In this document: positions 37,503 to 49,700 of the stretch, one piece after another
How positions within the stretch are numbered: the stretch's first letter is position 1
Layout: every line of letters begins with the position of its first letter
NCBI RefSeq assembly: GCF_032062105.1
Contig: NW_026927731.1
Coordinates: forward strand, 1 to 64,000
Source: Saccostrea cucullata
Taxonomy: Eukaryota
Reading direction: 5' to 3'
Length of the DNA stretch: 64,000 nucleotides
Notes under the pieces: generated by a model
Seen by the model: only the letters and a program-made list of their open reading frames with translations
Told to the model about the DNA's origin: nothing
Databases searched by the model: none
Program-made: the position numbers and the translations under genes

Positions 37503-40460
37503 TGGAACAAAAATAACACAATGTCCTTTTACAGTTTCCATTGTTTAGTTTGCAAATTAATTATATGCTGTGGGGAAAAAATCACAAATGTCGTAAGGAA
37601 AATTCACAAATGGTGTTGCATAGAGCAAATGTTCTTATGTATTTTCTTTATTTAAAAATACTTTTACAAATCACAGTATGTTTTATTTTATATACGGAAG
37701 TGTTTTTTTTTTTCTTTATAAAATTGCATGTTCATCGAAATAAAAGAAAAAAAATTAAATACATATACAATTATTTTACAGATATCGGGTAGCTGAATGT
37801 TTGTCTAGAGAAAATATTCCCTCCTTCCCTCTTAATTCCTGGATTTTGTTTGTTGGGTTCAAAATAATTAATTTACAAAAACGAATTTTTATTTTAAAAA
37901 AGCAGAAAATAATATTCGTTATCAATGTGAATATATTTTTTAAAGGCTGAAGGGGTCATACAATATTTTATAAAGGACATATGAACTAATAGAAATGTAT
38001 GGGAGCATCTCTCATTTTCTCTTCACAAAGGGTTAAAAACTTATAGTAGCCTTCTTTTAAACTATCATGTGTTGTGGATTTCCAAAGACAGAGCAGGCAT
38101 TAAAAATCGTGAAGAAATGTGGATCAAATCCCTTACAATTAATATTTCAGAATATTATTTATTTTGTGGTAATTCCAAATGGTGACAAAATGGACATAAA
38201 ACCCAATCTTAACAGTGTTAAAAAAAAAAGGCAAATATACATTATCATGATGTAAATTTTGCAATTATCTCCCCAAATAAATTCAAAATATACATGATAT
38301 ATATATCATTATCAAATTATTGATTGAACAAAAAAAAATGCAAGTACAATGTATCGGATTTTAGCTTTACTAGTCCATCTACGATCTTTGTGTTGTTGCA
38401 TTCAGAATAATGTCTTGATCCTTTTTTACACAATGAAGTCGAGAACAGGAAAAAATCACTTCATAGCTCTTAATTAAACTTTAATTTTTTACTTTTCAAA
38501 AGTATTGTTTTAAAATGATTGTATAAAGCACCAGAAATTACATGTTTCTTATAAAAAAAGAAAAAAATAATTATCCCACACCTAATAATACATGTTTATT
38601 ATCAGGTACGATTTTTGTTCTTATAAGAAAAATGTTATGTCAAGTACCTGTGTGTAGACATATAACTGAATTTTTTTTACTCACATTCTTATCAAAAGAA
38701 CAATTTCAAAATAAAATGTTTCCATTTCTAACTTTTTTTCTCTGTGATAACTCTTTGAAAGTTGTCGGAGTTGATTTTTTGATAATTCTGCTGGAATGTA
38801 AACTAGGCAGGTCAATAGGTCAGGAGCTATAAAGAGGCCTGATATGCTTGCGACAAATCTCGTGCGCATATGTCTCTGTGTCTGACGCTAAGGAGGACAA
38901 ATATGCATGTAAATCTCATGCGACTGCCTTTGTGTTTGACGTCAGTGGGTGAGGACTATTGAAATTGGCATGGAAGTCCTTGTGTAATTTAAATCTATGT
39001 CTACATTTTTAAAGTCTAAATCTACAATTTTATTGTATGCTTCGCCCGTTATGCAAATTATCCCATGTTTCCCACTATTGTTGATACCCTGGCATACTAT
39101 GCTAACTAGACAGTGATTGATTCCTTAAACGATTCCAACAGACATTCTTGTCATAGTCTTCATAATTCTATCTGTCATAAGTTCTTTGTAAATTGGATAT
39201 GGTTTATGGAATCATAAAGCAGACACTCATTTTGGTGGAAAGGGGAGGGGGGACAAAATAAACAATTCATAAAAGTTTCAAACATGTCTAACACTGCCCT
39301 AACAAAAAAAAGTTAAAAATACAAGTTTTTTGACATTTTATTATTTCAAAGTAAAAAACAATAACAAAAATAACATTTTCTTGTATGTACAGCAAAATAA
39401 ATAAATTATAACAACCTGAGATTAGAGTAGAAGTCTGATAATGACAATGGATGCATAGGAATTAATCAAATCAACTATATGGAAAAAATGTTTATAAGAA
39501 GTTTTGGATTATTCTTTTGTTTGGTATAAAATAAAGATTTGATTCAAAACATTTCCTCTGTTTTGTTGCATGGGATGAGAAAATGAAGCTGATGAAATGA
39601 GATCACAAGAGAGCAATATTATGTCCTATAGTTTGTCCTCGCTGTAGCCTGACAAAGGAGGTAACTTTGGTCTAAAAACAGAAAAACAAAATTTATATAA
39701 ATATTAAAAGTTAGATATTTCTTTTTATTCTTTTTAAATCAAAAATATATCACTTTCAATGAAAAATACTAAAGTATGTCATAAAGTATTTACCCAAGCA
39801 CCTGCTGAATTCTCTCCCTTGACTCGTCAGGTCCTGCAGTCTGAATCAGCTGTATTCTTTTCTAGTCTGCTGTAGTTCAGGTCTATTTTCAATAATGCAC
39901 CAAAAACAAAATCCATTATCTCTGTTGGAATGTGGAGTCTTTCACATTTAAATCTGAAAGCACATTAACCAATGCAGTTAGTTTTAATACCAGATTTCTA
40001 AGCTGTAGTATTAAAATAGTTTTGAACAATAAGATTTAATAGCAGGGAACCTTCAATAAAGCATTTATAACACAAATCCTGCACTGATTACCCTATGTGG
40101 ACAGCTTATTTTAATAGATATTATCTAAACTCCTATTGCTACAAATGCACATTTTCTAATATTGCATTTATGATTTAAAAAAGATTACTGACAGGTTATA
40201 TATAATTTTAACCAATACACTGTATCCCTAGAAGCCAAGAAATAATATATCTGTCTACAGTTTAGAGACAAAAATGTTTTTTAAAGCTTGTAAGCAATTT
40301 GCAAAGTCAAAAATCAACAAAATCTGCATCAATTCACCAATACTGGTTTTCTATAGAATTACCAAAAAATGCTCCTCTACACTGTCATTAAATGAAGTCC
40401 CTCCCCCCTCCCTCAACTTTAACAGACTACAACTGACCTGTTAACGCCTCCCTGTGATGA

Positions 40461-40595
40461 CTAGATCTGAACACTGGCCCTGTGGACATCCTCCATACTC
40501 CCGCCCCTTCCACTGTCTGACACAGTTACCTCCCCTGAACCATCACTGATTGAGTCCTCAACACCGGGTTTCTGCTGGGACAGATAGTGTCTGTT
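40461..40595 (-). CDS. Pcdh: Protocadherin gene B coding exon 3, CM1-like motif (NRHYLSQQKPGVEDSISDGSGEVTVSDSGRGGSMEDVHRASVQI*)
   Basis: ttttatttgtttcAG acceptor at 40597-40596, phase 0; DSGRGGS identical to gene A. In-frame TAG at 40463-40461; donor CAG|GTCAGT at 40438/40437. Confidence 0.85.
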   Translation of the reverse strand, partial: NRHYLSQQKPGVEDSISDGSGEVTVSDSGRGGSMEDVHRASVQI

Positions 40596-42067
40596 CTGAA
40601 ACAAATAAAAGTATAGTTAGATTGCATCAATGGATTCCAAGTATTTTTCTTTTATTTATTTCCTATATTTTTTTTTTCTAATTCTACCTACAGATGAATA
40701 AGAAGAACAAAGGAAATTTAAAATAAAAACTTTTCAACTAAAAAGAACGATTAAAAGGAATTAAAGGCAAATTCTTCTTTTCCTCAATTTAAGGTCTTCA
40801 AAAATTATTTTACTCCTAAAGACTTTTTTAGGAAAAGCAACGTAATCTGTGAAAAGCCAAAAACCAAGAATAAAAAAAACATGATCAGATACTAATCAAA
40901 TAAGAACAAATTCCCAAACTATTCTGTTGTATGAACATCATGTAAAGAACACCTCAATTTGTCCAAACTCACAAGGATTAACTTTGTTCTTTTGTGACAC
41001 ATAGCACTTAATCAAAACCCAGAATACAAGCCTAGATACCCCAAACACTTTGAAGTCCTGCTGGTAAAATTAGCCATTTTCTGCAAACCTGACAAAGGTT
41101 GCTGGGTGTGCAGTTTGGACCTGCAATGTGGCATTTGACCGATTCTGTCCCTCCCCAAGGTGTGATGACAAAAGTCACCTGTTGGTTTGGGAACAGCCAA
41201 TACTTGGGAACATTCTGTCAGATGACCTTTTTATGTGACACAATCCGCTTCCCTTTCTTTCCATCAGACAGAAATTCACAGCTTTCTGTCCAGATCTTTT
41301 TACAATGTTCTAATCATGCCAATTTTTTTTTAATCAGTCCATCTGTATTTTTTTGTTAAATCCAATTTACCCTCTAAATTGCCTCCTACCAAGGACAAAG
41401 CAGTTTGAATGAAAATCCATTGCTGTCCAATGTACCCTTTAATACATTACAAAATCAACATCATCTAATACTAATCAAAATAACTGAGATAAAATGCCGG
41501 GGTATTCCCTATTTACTTTCCCTATGCATTGCGTAACATTATTTCCGCATGAACTGACCACAAATACCCCCACACCTCGACCCTGGATCGCTGCCATCTT
41601 CAGAGTCACCGAGGTGTCTCCATACTTGTTTTATCTTGGATCTAGGGGGGAGATTATGCCTGAATGTCCACTTATAGAGGATCAGCCTCACTGATTCTAC
41701 AGGACAGTCAATACTTGTTTAGTATCTGTTATATGGTGCTTCAGTTGACATTGCCATTCAAAACTTTCCAGTAATATTTAACAATTGACACTAAATTGAC
41801 ACCACCAATATTTACAGTGGATTCATATTTTGCAAACATGTGGCAGGTATTGGGTATCAAATTTCTTGCATATTAAACCAAACTCTATCATACATTTAAA
41901 TTATTCTGTCAAGAAACACATTGTACATGTAATTTACATGTAGGTAATAGAGAAACCAAATTATTCATATTTTGAAATGAAAAAAATATTTAGTCAGGAA
42001 ATACATGTTGATATCTTCAATATTCCTTTTTTAAAATCCCTTGAAAATGGACGGAACCTTTGCTTAC

Positions 42068-42214
42068 CTCGTCAGGGTGGTACATGAGTGGTTTATTGTA
42101 GTTTTTGATGAGTTTGTGGTGGAAGTTGATGGAAGCCATTCTGTTTAACTCCTCCTGGTGAAGATCTGATGGCTTCTTCTCTCTCCTCGGGCGAGGTGGG
42201 GGCGTGTCTTCTGG
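42068..42214 (-). CDS. Pcdh: Protocadherin gene B coding exon 2 (PEDTPPPRPRREKKPSDLHQEELNRMASINFHHKLIKNYNKPLMYHPDE)
   Basis: tttttttgtAG acceptor and GAG|GTAAGC donor; 147 nt, phase 0-0, open frame; NRMxS motif shared with gene A exon 2. Confidence 0.9.
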
Positions 42215-44056
42215 CTACAAAAAAATAACAGGAGCAATTTATTTTACATGTTCTCAGACAATTCATATTTCCTATTCCTGAATACTCTACTGAAAAATAA
42301 TGAAAGTTGAAGATTTTTGACTAAATCAAATAAAGAAACTTTTTTTTTTATCTTCCACTAATAAATGCCTTGTAGATTAACATAACTGAGGTTGTTAATC
42401 TCTGTAATTTGCCTTTTATGTCTATTAAATTCATTAATTTAAAACAGATTAAATCATTAAGTAAATGAATTTTCATTGATTTTCTGTCGATAACTGGAAT
42501 CAGGGCTGGTGATTATTCAGAGAGCGGTTAATAGCGGGGTAGGACACAGGTGTGCATGTTTACATGGCAACCAATGCACCACTCAGCTATGGGCTTTCTT
42601 TGTGATGATTAAAATTTGGACATAATCATTCACAAAAGATGTTCAATATTAAAGCCTAAATCAATATTAGCTGGCCCAAATTTTAGTTGACCACCATTAG
42701 TCTCTAAGAGAAGAATGATATCAGTTTTTGGTACAAGGGACCTATCTGTAAACAACAAACTAGACATGATATCCTCCGATACATGGTCTCTAATCCTATT
42801 CTCAAACAACCACACTCAAGTTTAAACAAATTGTCTTTCTATACATCTTTCAAAATGAAGAAAAAACCTGGTAATGAACCAGTTAAGCAGTTAATCACAA
42901 TGTAATTTGAATTTTGTAGAAGCAAAGGGCCAAGACAGGGGTAGAAATTTATACACCTTTATCTTTTAAGGAAGAATAGAGCATTATCAGGATCAAACAA
43001 AAGTTTTAACAGATTACCTAAATACATCACAAGTCCAAGTCTTTTAGCTAATATTCGTTATTGAGGGGTAGGAGAGTGACAATATAATTATAGAAACCTG
43101 ATCATGCCCGGCACGTTAAAGGGGCTACATTTCATTTTAATCAGTTTTACGTATCAACACGGAGATTTCAGAACCTAGTATCAATGATGATCTTGACAAA
43201 ATCAAACACTGACTTTCCGCTATCTGAGTGTTGTGTAAGGATATGCTTTATATAGTGTTTTTATCAAGGTATTTTGAACATTTTTAGTGAAGAAATATCT
43301 TGTAATATATTTTAGGTATACCTGGCATTTCACACACATCTAGTCCTAATGCACTGACTATTAATGTACTAAACTATTTTTTTCAATTGAAACTGTGTGA
43401 AATTTTCAATTTTTAATAAACTTTTCTATCTTTAAATTACTAATGAACAAAATATGTATCAGAAATTTAAAATTAAATTTAGTTGAAAATTTATCATTTT
43501 TACAGGTAAATTACCAAATTCATAATCTCCTTTCAAAAGGAAGTTATAGCAGTCAGTTACCCATTAGTTAGTGTGTTTCATTCTGACTTGTTGTGGGACA
43601 AGTGTTTTGTCACAAGGAAGGAGGATGTTACATGCTATTGTTTGGTTACTGCCCAGAAGGTGTGGTTACAAATGGCTCCCAAAACAACATTACAACATCA
43701 CAGCTAATTAACATTGTACACTCGGAGATAATTACTTGTTCAACATACATTTTGTTTGTTCTTTAAATTATTCATGTTAAAAGGGAAGAGAAAAATCAAT
43801 GCAATTTAAAAATTTTACTTCTAACTTTTGTGGCTTTATGATTATTTCTTAATTTTTACAAAAATCTTTAAATAATGCACTGCCCAAATATGTAATAACA
43901 TACGGATCAATTTCTCTGATTAGTAGATCTAATATTAATGGTGTTTTACAGTAAAACAGATATATACCTTCATGGATTCTTGAAAACATAAAGGTAATTA
44001 ATTTTTTATCCCCAAAGATTAGATGAACAATTCTTTGACTCTATAAATCAACTTAC

Positions 44057-46792
44057 CTGACTGTTGTATGGAGAATGATGCTGATTTGCATAGATGTGTT
44101 GATTGGTGGTTACAAAGTTATTAGGACCAACATCTCGACCAATCATAAAAATTCCTGAATCCTGTTGATCATCGGATGAGAAACTCACTTTCTTCACTTC
44201 CTGAGATGTGAGATTATTATTGTCTGTGAGATAAGTCTTGTGAGAATTTTCTCGAGTCAGGCAAGATTTTTTAGAGTTATATTGCACAGAGTCTGGAAGC
44301 TGAAATTCATGTTGATTACTTGACTCAACATTTGTAAATCTTTTACGCTTATTATTGTCCATCCTCCTAATTAGAAAAATGGTCACTATAATGGCTAATG
44401 ACAGCACAATTGTCACACAGGCAATGGTAATAGCTATTAGCACATTCTGTCCAATTTTCTGTTCTGCCACTGTTGGAATAGCGTGATATTCCACAAATAG
44501 TCTCACCTCTACTCCCGTTTTCAGCGGCACTTTACCCTGGTCTGATACATCAATAAACAGAGAAAACTCTTTGATATCAAAACTCTCTATCTTCCTGGAT
44601 AAATAGATTTGTCCAGATTTTGAATCAATGTAGAACAGGTTGTCGTCGTCTCTTTTCACAATACTGTACTTCAGAGATCCATTTTCCCCCTCATCTTTGT
44701 CATACGCTTCCACTCGAGTGACAACAGAGTTGGGGATGGTGGTATGGGGTACCTTAACAGACTCGTTTCCTCGGGTGGGAAACTTAATCTGAGGGTATTC
44801 ATCATTCTCGTCCAGGATGGTAACAGTCACAGTACAAGAGGTGTTTTTAGGAGAGACACCTCTATCAGTAGCCATCACAGACAGTACGTACCTTGAGGTG
44901 ACTTCACGGTCCAGTCTTCTGTTAGTTTTTATCTCTCCTGTGGACGGATTGATAGAGAATGGAGTGTTCTGGTAGGTGAAAGGAATGGTGTACACAATGG
45001 CTGCATTAGAACCAATATCTTCATCTGTGGCAGCCACAGTGCCCAGAACAAAGTCAGCATCCCTATTTTCCATCACTTGAAATTCATAACTACTTTGGTT
45101 AAATGTAGGATACTCATCATTATCATCTTCAATGTTCAGTTTGACAGTCGCTGTAGCTGTCAGTGGTACAGGGGATCCATTATCAGCAGCATACACTTTA
45201 AACAATATGCTACTCTCAACCTCTCTGTCAAAACGCACCTTGGCTCTGATGATTCCAGTACTAGAATCTACATCAAATTTTGTACGAAAGTTTTGCTCAA
45301 TGGAGTAGCGCACCTCAGCATTGCTTCCTTGATCACTGTCTGAGGCGGTGACCTTGGTGATCATCTGACCTGGGTCTTTGTTTTCTGTTATGGTAGCATT
45401 GTACAGTTCCCTGTCAAACTTCGGTTCATTATCATTCCTGTCTAGAACTTGTACAATAAAGCTCTCTGACTTGTTCTGTTTAGGTACACCTTCATCCTCA
45501 CAGTAGACTTTCACAATGTACTCAATGTTTTCCTCTCGGTCCAGTTCATTTGACACTATGACTTTATACTCTGTGTTGGAGAGGTTGTGAAGTTGGAATT
45601 TAGGATGGTCTATTGTACATTTCACCTGGCCATTCTTACCAGTGTCTTTGTCGACAACAGCCACGTAGGCAATAACTGTTCCTCTGTTGGAACTTTCACT
45701 GACTTTGCCCCCAGATAACAGGTTGATGTTGATTTCTGGAGCATGGTTGTTGACATCCACAACATGAATGTTGATAAAAGCCTGGCTGCTAAGAGGTGGG
45801 GATCCATGGTCCAATGCTGACACTACAATCCTGTGAGGTTCTCCAGAGGTGAAGGTCAACTGTTGAATGACCTTGACCTCTCCTGTACTGTTATTTATTG
45901 AAAATAACTTCTGACTTTCACCATTTGGATTCGACGAAAAACGATACTCAACAATACCATTTGGTCCCGAATCATCATCAGATGCAGACACTTTAATGAT
46001 GTTAGTACCTACTGCAATATCCTCCTGTATTGTCACATTGTACTGTGAATAGCTAAATCGTGGCTTGTTGTCATTTATATCTGCCACTGCAATGTTAATT
46101 GTCATGGTGCTGGACCTTTGTGGAAGGCCGCCATCTTTGGCCACTAGGTAAATACGATAAGATCTCAACTTTTCTCTGTCTAGTTTCTTATTAAGCACCA
46201 AATTTACTTCCAAACTCTCATCAATTTTGCGGCTAAGTAACAATCCAAATGCGCTACTGGGTGGTTCCAGAACATAGGTTTTCAAAGAATTATTTTCCCC
46301 CATGTCTCTGTCTAATGCAGTAGGAAGTGGAAATGTGGCATTAATGGCAGTGTCCTCTGGTATTGAGAGGGAGGTAGAGTTCATTGGAAATAATGGTGAA
46401 TTGTCATTTCTGTCTATGATGGAGACATTTACATTGATAGTTCTGAAAAAAGTTCCACTATTAGCACCAATCCTTAGAGATAGAACACATACTTTCATGA
46501 AAGGACATATGGTCTCCCTGTCAAGTTTTGATTTGGTTTTTAGTTCCCCTGTATTTTCATCGATTTGAAAATAATCACTGTTGGCTGAGTTGCTGCCCAC
46601 ACTAAGAAAGCTGTATTTGACATTGGCAAGAATGATTGGGTCAGTTGTGGAAGTGAGGTTGCTGTCATCTGCAACATTGCCAAGGAATACAGGAGGTAAA
46701 ACTTCTTCTGTTGTGATGTAAGCAACACTCTGGCAATAGCAACACGAGATCCAGAAAAACACAAGAACTAAACTGGGCAAGATGGAGGCCAT
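44057..46792 (-). CDS. Pcdh: Protocadherin gene B, large coding exon: signal peptide, 7 cadherin repeats, TM, proximal cytoplasmic region
   Basis: 912 codons. Linkers DRNDNSP, DINDNKP, DVNNHAP, DRNDNEP, DDNDEYP, DENDEYP; LDRE/FDRE motifs; EC1 CPFMKVC; TM VLIAITIACVTIVLSLAIIVTIFLI; KKVSF. Donor CAG|GTAAGT at 44057/44056; likely upstream acceptor ttttcttattttgtAG at 47106-47105. Confidence 0.97.
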
Positions 46793-49700
46793 GATTGATT
46801 TCTTTTGTTCAAATTGCTAAATTAATGGTGTTGATCAATTATTAACAAAGTCTCACATTCAGTCATGTCATGTTGCCTTTCTGCTGACTTCACCAAATGA
46901 CAGACCATCAAAACACTGACATTTATAAGCCTTTCAGTTTTCCTCTGGGACTAATGTTGCATCACAAAATAAACACAAATGGAAAATCTCTTCTATAAAT
47001 TCTCCATGATTCAGTGTGGCTAATTTTCGGTAATCCAATTGTTATGTTGGTGAATTAAAGGCAAAATGGATTGTTTCCACTCCTCTGCTCCAAGAATTTT
47101 GAATCTACAAAATAAGAAAAGCAATTGAAGGAAAATATTGACATTTCTGGTTGGACTTGTGACATAAGGTTGGATAGCATGAAGACGGTAATCACAGGCT
47201 GATTGCAGAACACCTGAGGAAAAATTCCCTATCTAACATCATCTGTCTACTTCACTCAAGCAGTATTTCAATATTTTGATGAAAAAATCTTTTAAGTTCC
47301 CAACTGTTTTTCCCCTTATGCATTCTTGCATGTGTGGAAATTGAATTAGATTACGATATATCTGATTATAAAATCAAAGTGGGCATGATTTACTTAGACT
47401 TCTTCAATACTAAGTGACTTTATAGATTTCTTCACTGATAAATAAACATCCTGAGTCATTATTGAAACATCCTTTTGTCAGAAAGGTATTACAGTTAAAA
47501 GTCCCAATGCCTTTATTTTTGTTTTTCTACATTATTGTGAAAATTAATCTTTACAAAATCTCTTCAGGGAGGACAAGTATAAACTTAAAAGAAAAGAAGT
47601 TGTGTTAGTAATGGTTGAAAGTAAAGGCTATTTTGCATATAAGGTAATAAAATAAAATTCAATAAAAATTTCAAAGCTTTTTCTCCTTTGAACCATATGT
47701 TGAAAAAAAAAGTGGTGAATTTGTGTATTAATATTATTTGGATGACACTATATATGGAATATTCAAATGCAAATAACATTTCTGGCATTCAAATGTGACA
47801 ATCAACAATAATTATATAATGGAAAATATATATCATTCTTATAAAAAAAAAGTGTCAAAGTCCAAAAATATATAAGCATGTACATATTTTCTTTGTAAAT
47901 GGTATTTCTTTCAATAATCCAAAAATTAGAAATTATTTAAATATTTGCACTATAGCTGGTATCAAATTTTATAGAGCTATTTTCTTAAAATGCTTTTCAT
48001 ATCTTATATATGAGAAATAAAATTATTTAATCATACAAATAATTATTAAAACCTTTTAAAATTTCCAGTATTAACTTTGAATTGCTCTATTTCTTTTTTA
48101 TTTCGATATATTAATTAATTTTAATATGGTTTAGAATTTGATAAAATCATGATTTTCATACATGACTTCAATAAAAAAAATATATGGAGATTTAATTAAC
48201 CTAAGTGCAATTAAAAAAGGACCACTAAATGAAAATTAAAATATCAAGAACTTCCTATGAATTTAAAGAGAATATTTGATTAAAAACTGGATGCATACCT
48301 CTTCCACTTTGACAAAGATAAACAAAAATATCCCCTCCACTTCAGAAAACAAAAAACAAATAAATCCTAAGTGTTCATCATGAAGACAGACTCTGAGTTG
48401 ATACAGGTAAGGCCTGGGTATAGTGATACAGGTATAAGGCCTGTGTATAATGGTACCTGTCTATACTACTGATCTCCCAACACACACCTAGTCACACTTT
48501 AACCTGATCAACAATACCGCCTATCCACCAATCAAATCGCTCCGTTCCACCGCCCCTCAGCTATCCTCTTATCTTATCATGTCAATGTACCCCTTTGCTA
48601 ATTTTTAAGAATTCTGAGTGAAGGTTTCTATGTTTTTTGTTGTTTTTGATGTCTTGATAGCTGACTGGTTTGTTGTTTTTTCACTATGAAGGTGACACTG
48701 ACATTTTTGGGTAGATAATTACATATGTTTCTAAAAACTTCATCCTCTCTCTGTCAACACAGTGGCATTTTACAAGGACATGTAAATTTGGCATTGGATT
48801 AAAATAAATAAAACAGAATTTACACTTCATTTAATGTCTTTATAATTATGTAAAGGAAGCAATGGAATTCAATCATCATGTTTTATCAACATTTTCTGTA
48901 ATACAGAATGACAAGTTTACGACTTTTCAATTTTAAATTGAATTTCTTTCATTGATGAAAATTTAAGATAAATTGAACCAAAAATATTTATAATAATACC
49001 TTTATTTAAACATGCAACAATTTTCAACATTCAAACAAAAATTTTGAATGAAAATTTTGACATATCTGTTAAAATTTTAATTACAGTTATTAGAAGAAAC
49101 TATGGTTAAAATGTCTTTAGGATATGATTTTTAATCAATGAAATTGTACAGCAATAAAATATTGATTATTACATGCTGTAGTAGCTTTTAAAAGCACATG
49201 AAAACAGATGATAATGTTTGTTTCTGATAATCAGTGGCTTCCTTGTACCACTGTCCATAAATCATAAAATTACAATTAATTTAATGTTAACATCATATTC
49301 TACATCTACAAAGATGGATTATTTAACATGCTGATAAAAGATACTTCAAAGTTGTTTAAAGGCATTTTTTTTTTAAATCTAGAACACGATTGGTTGTGCA
49401 TTTTATGGTGTTTTTTTTTTTTTAATTATAATAAGGAAAAAATAACACCAAACAAAAATATATGGAAACATTTTAACAAATTAACATCTCAAAACTTGTA
49501 AAAGATGTTGGTACCAACCTCTCCAATAGTAAGCTTCCTCATGGAGGAAAAATTTGATTAAAAATAAAAAAATAACATAAAATTCTACAATTGAAAATAT
49601 GTATCTAACCTTTTTAATCGTATGAATTTTAATTATTTAAGGAAGTTTATAGTCATACCTTATTTATCTGTGTTTGAAGACTAGATTTTATCTGTTCCAA

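Noticed and set aside
38681-38940. Minus-strand ASISGLFIAPDLL, faintly like gene A TTTSGSYTINPDDL; a possible lost terminal exon of gene B
   Set aside because: Similarity too weak, no splice path keeps the frame, and stops occur in neighbouring frames.
48400-48460. Two imperfect copies of gatacaggta(ta)aggcctg.gtata
   Set aside because: A simple local duplication of ~25 bp with no further structure.
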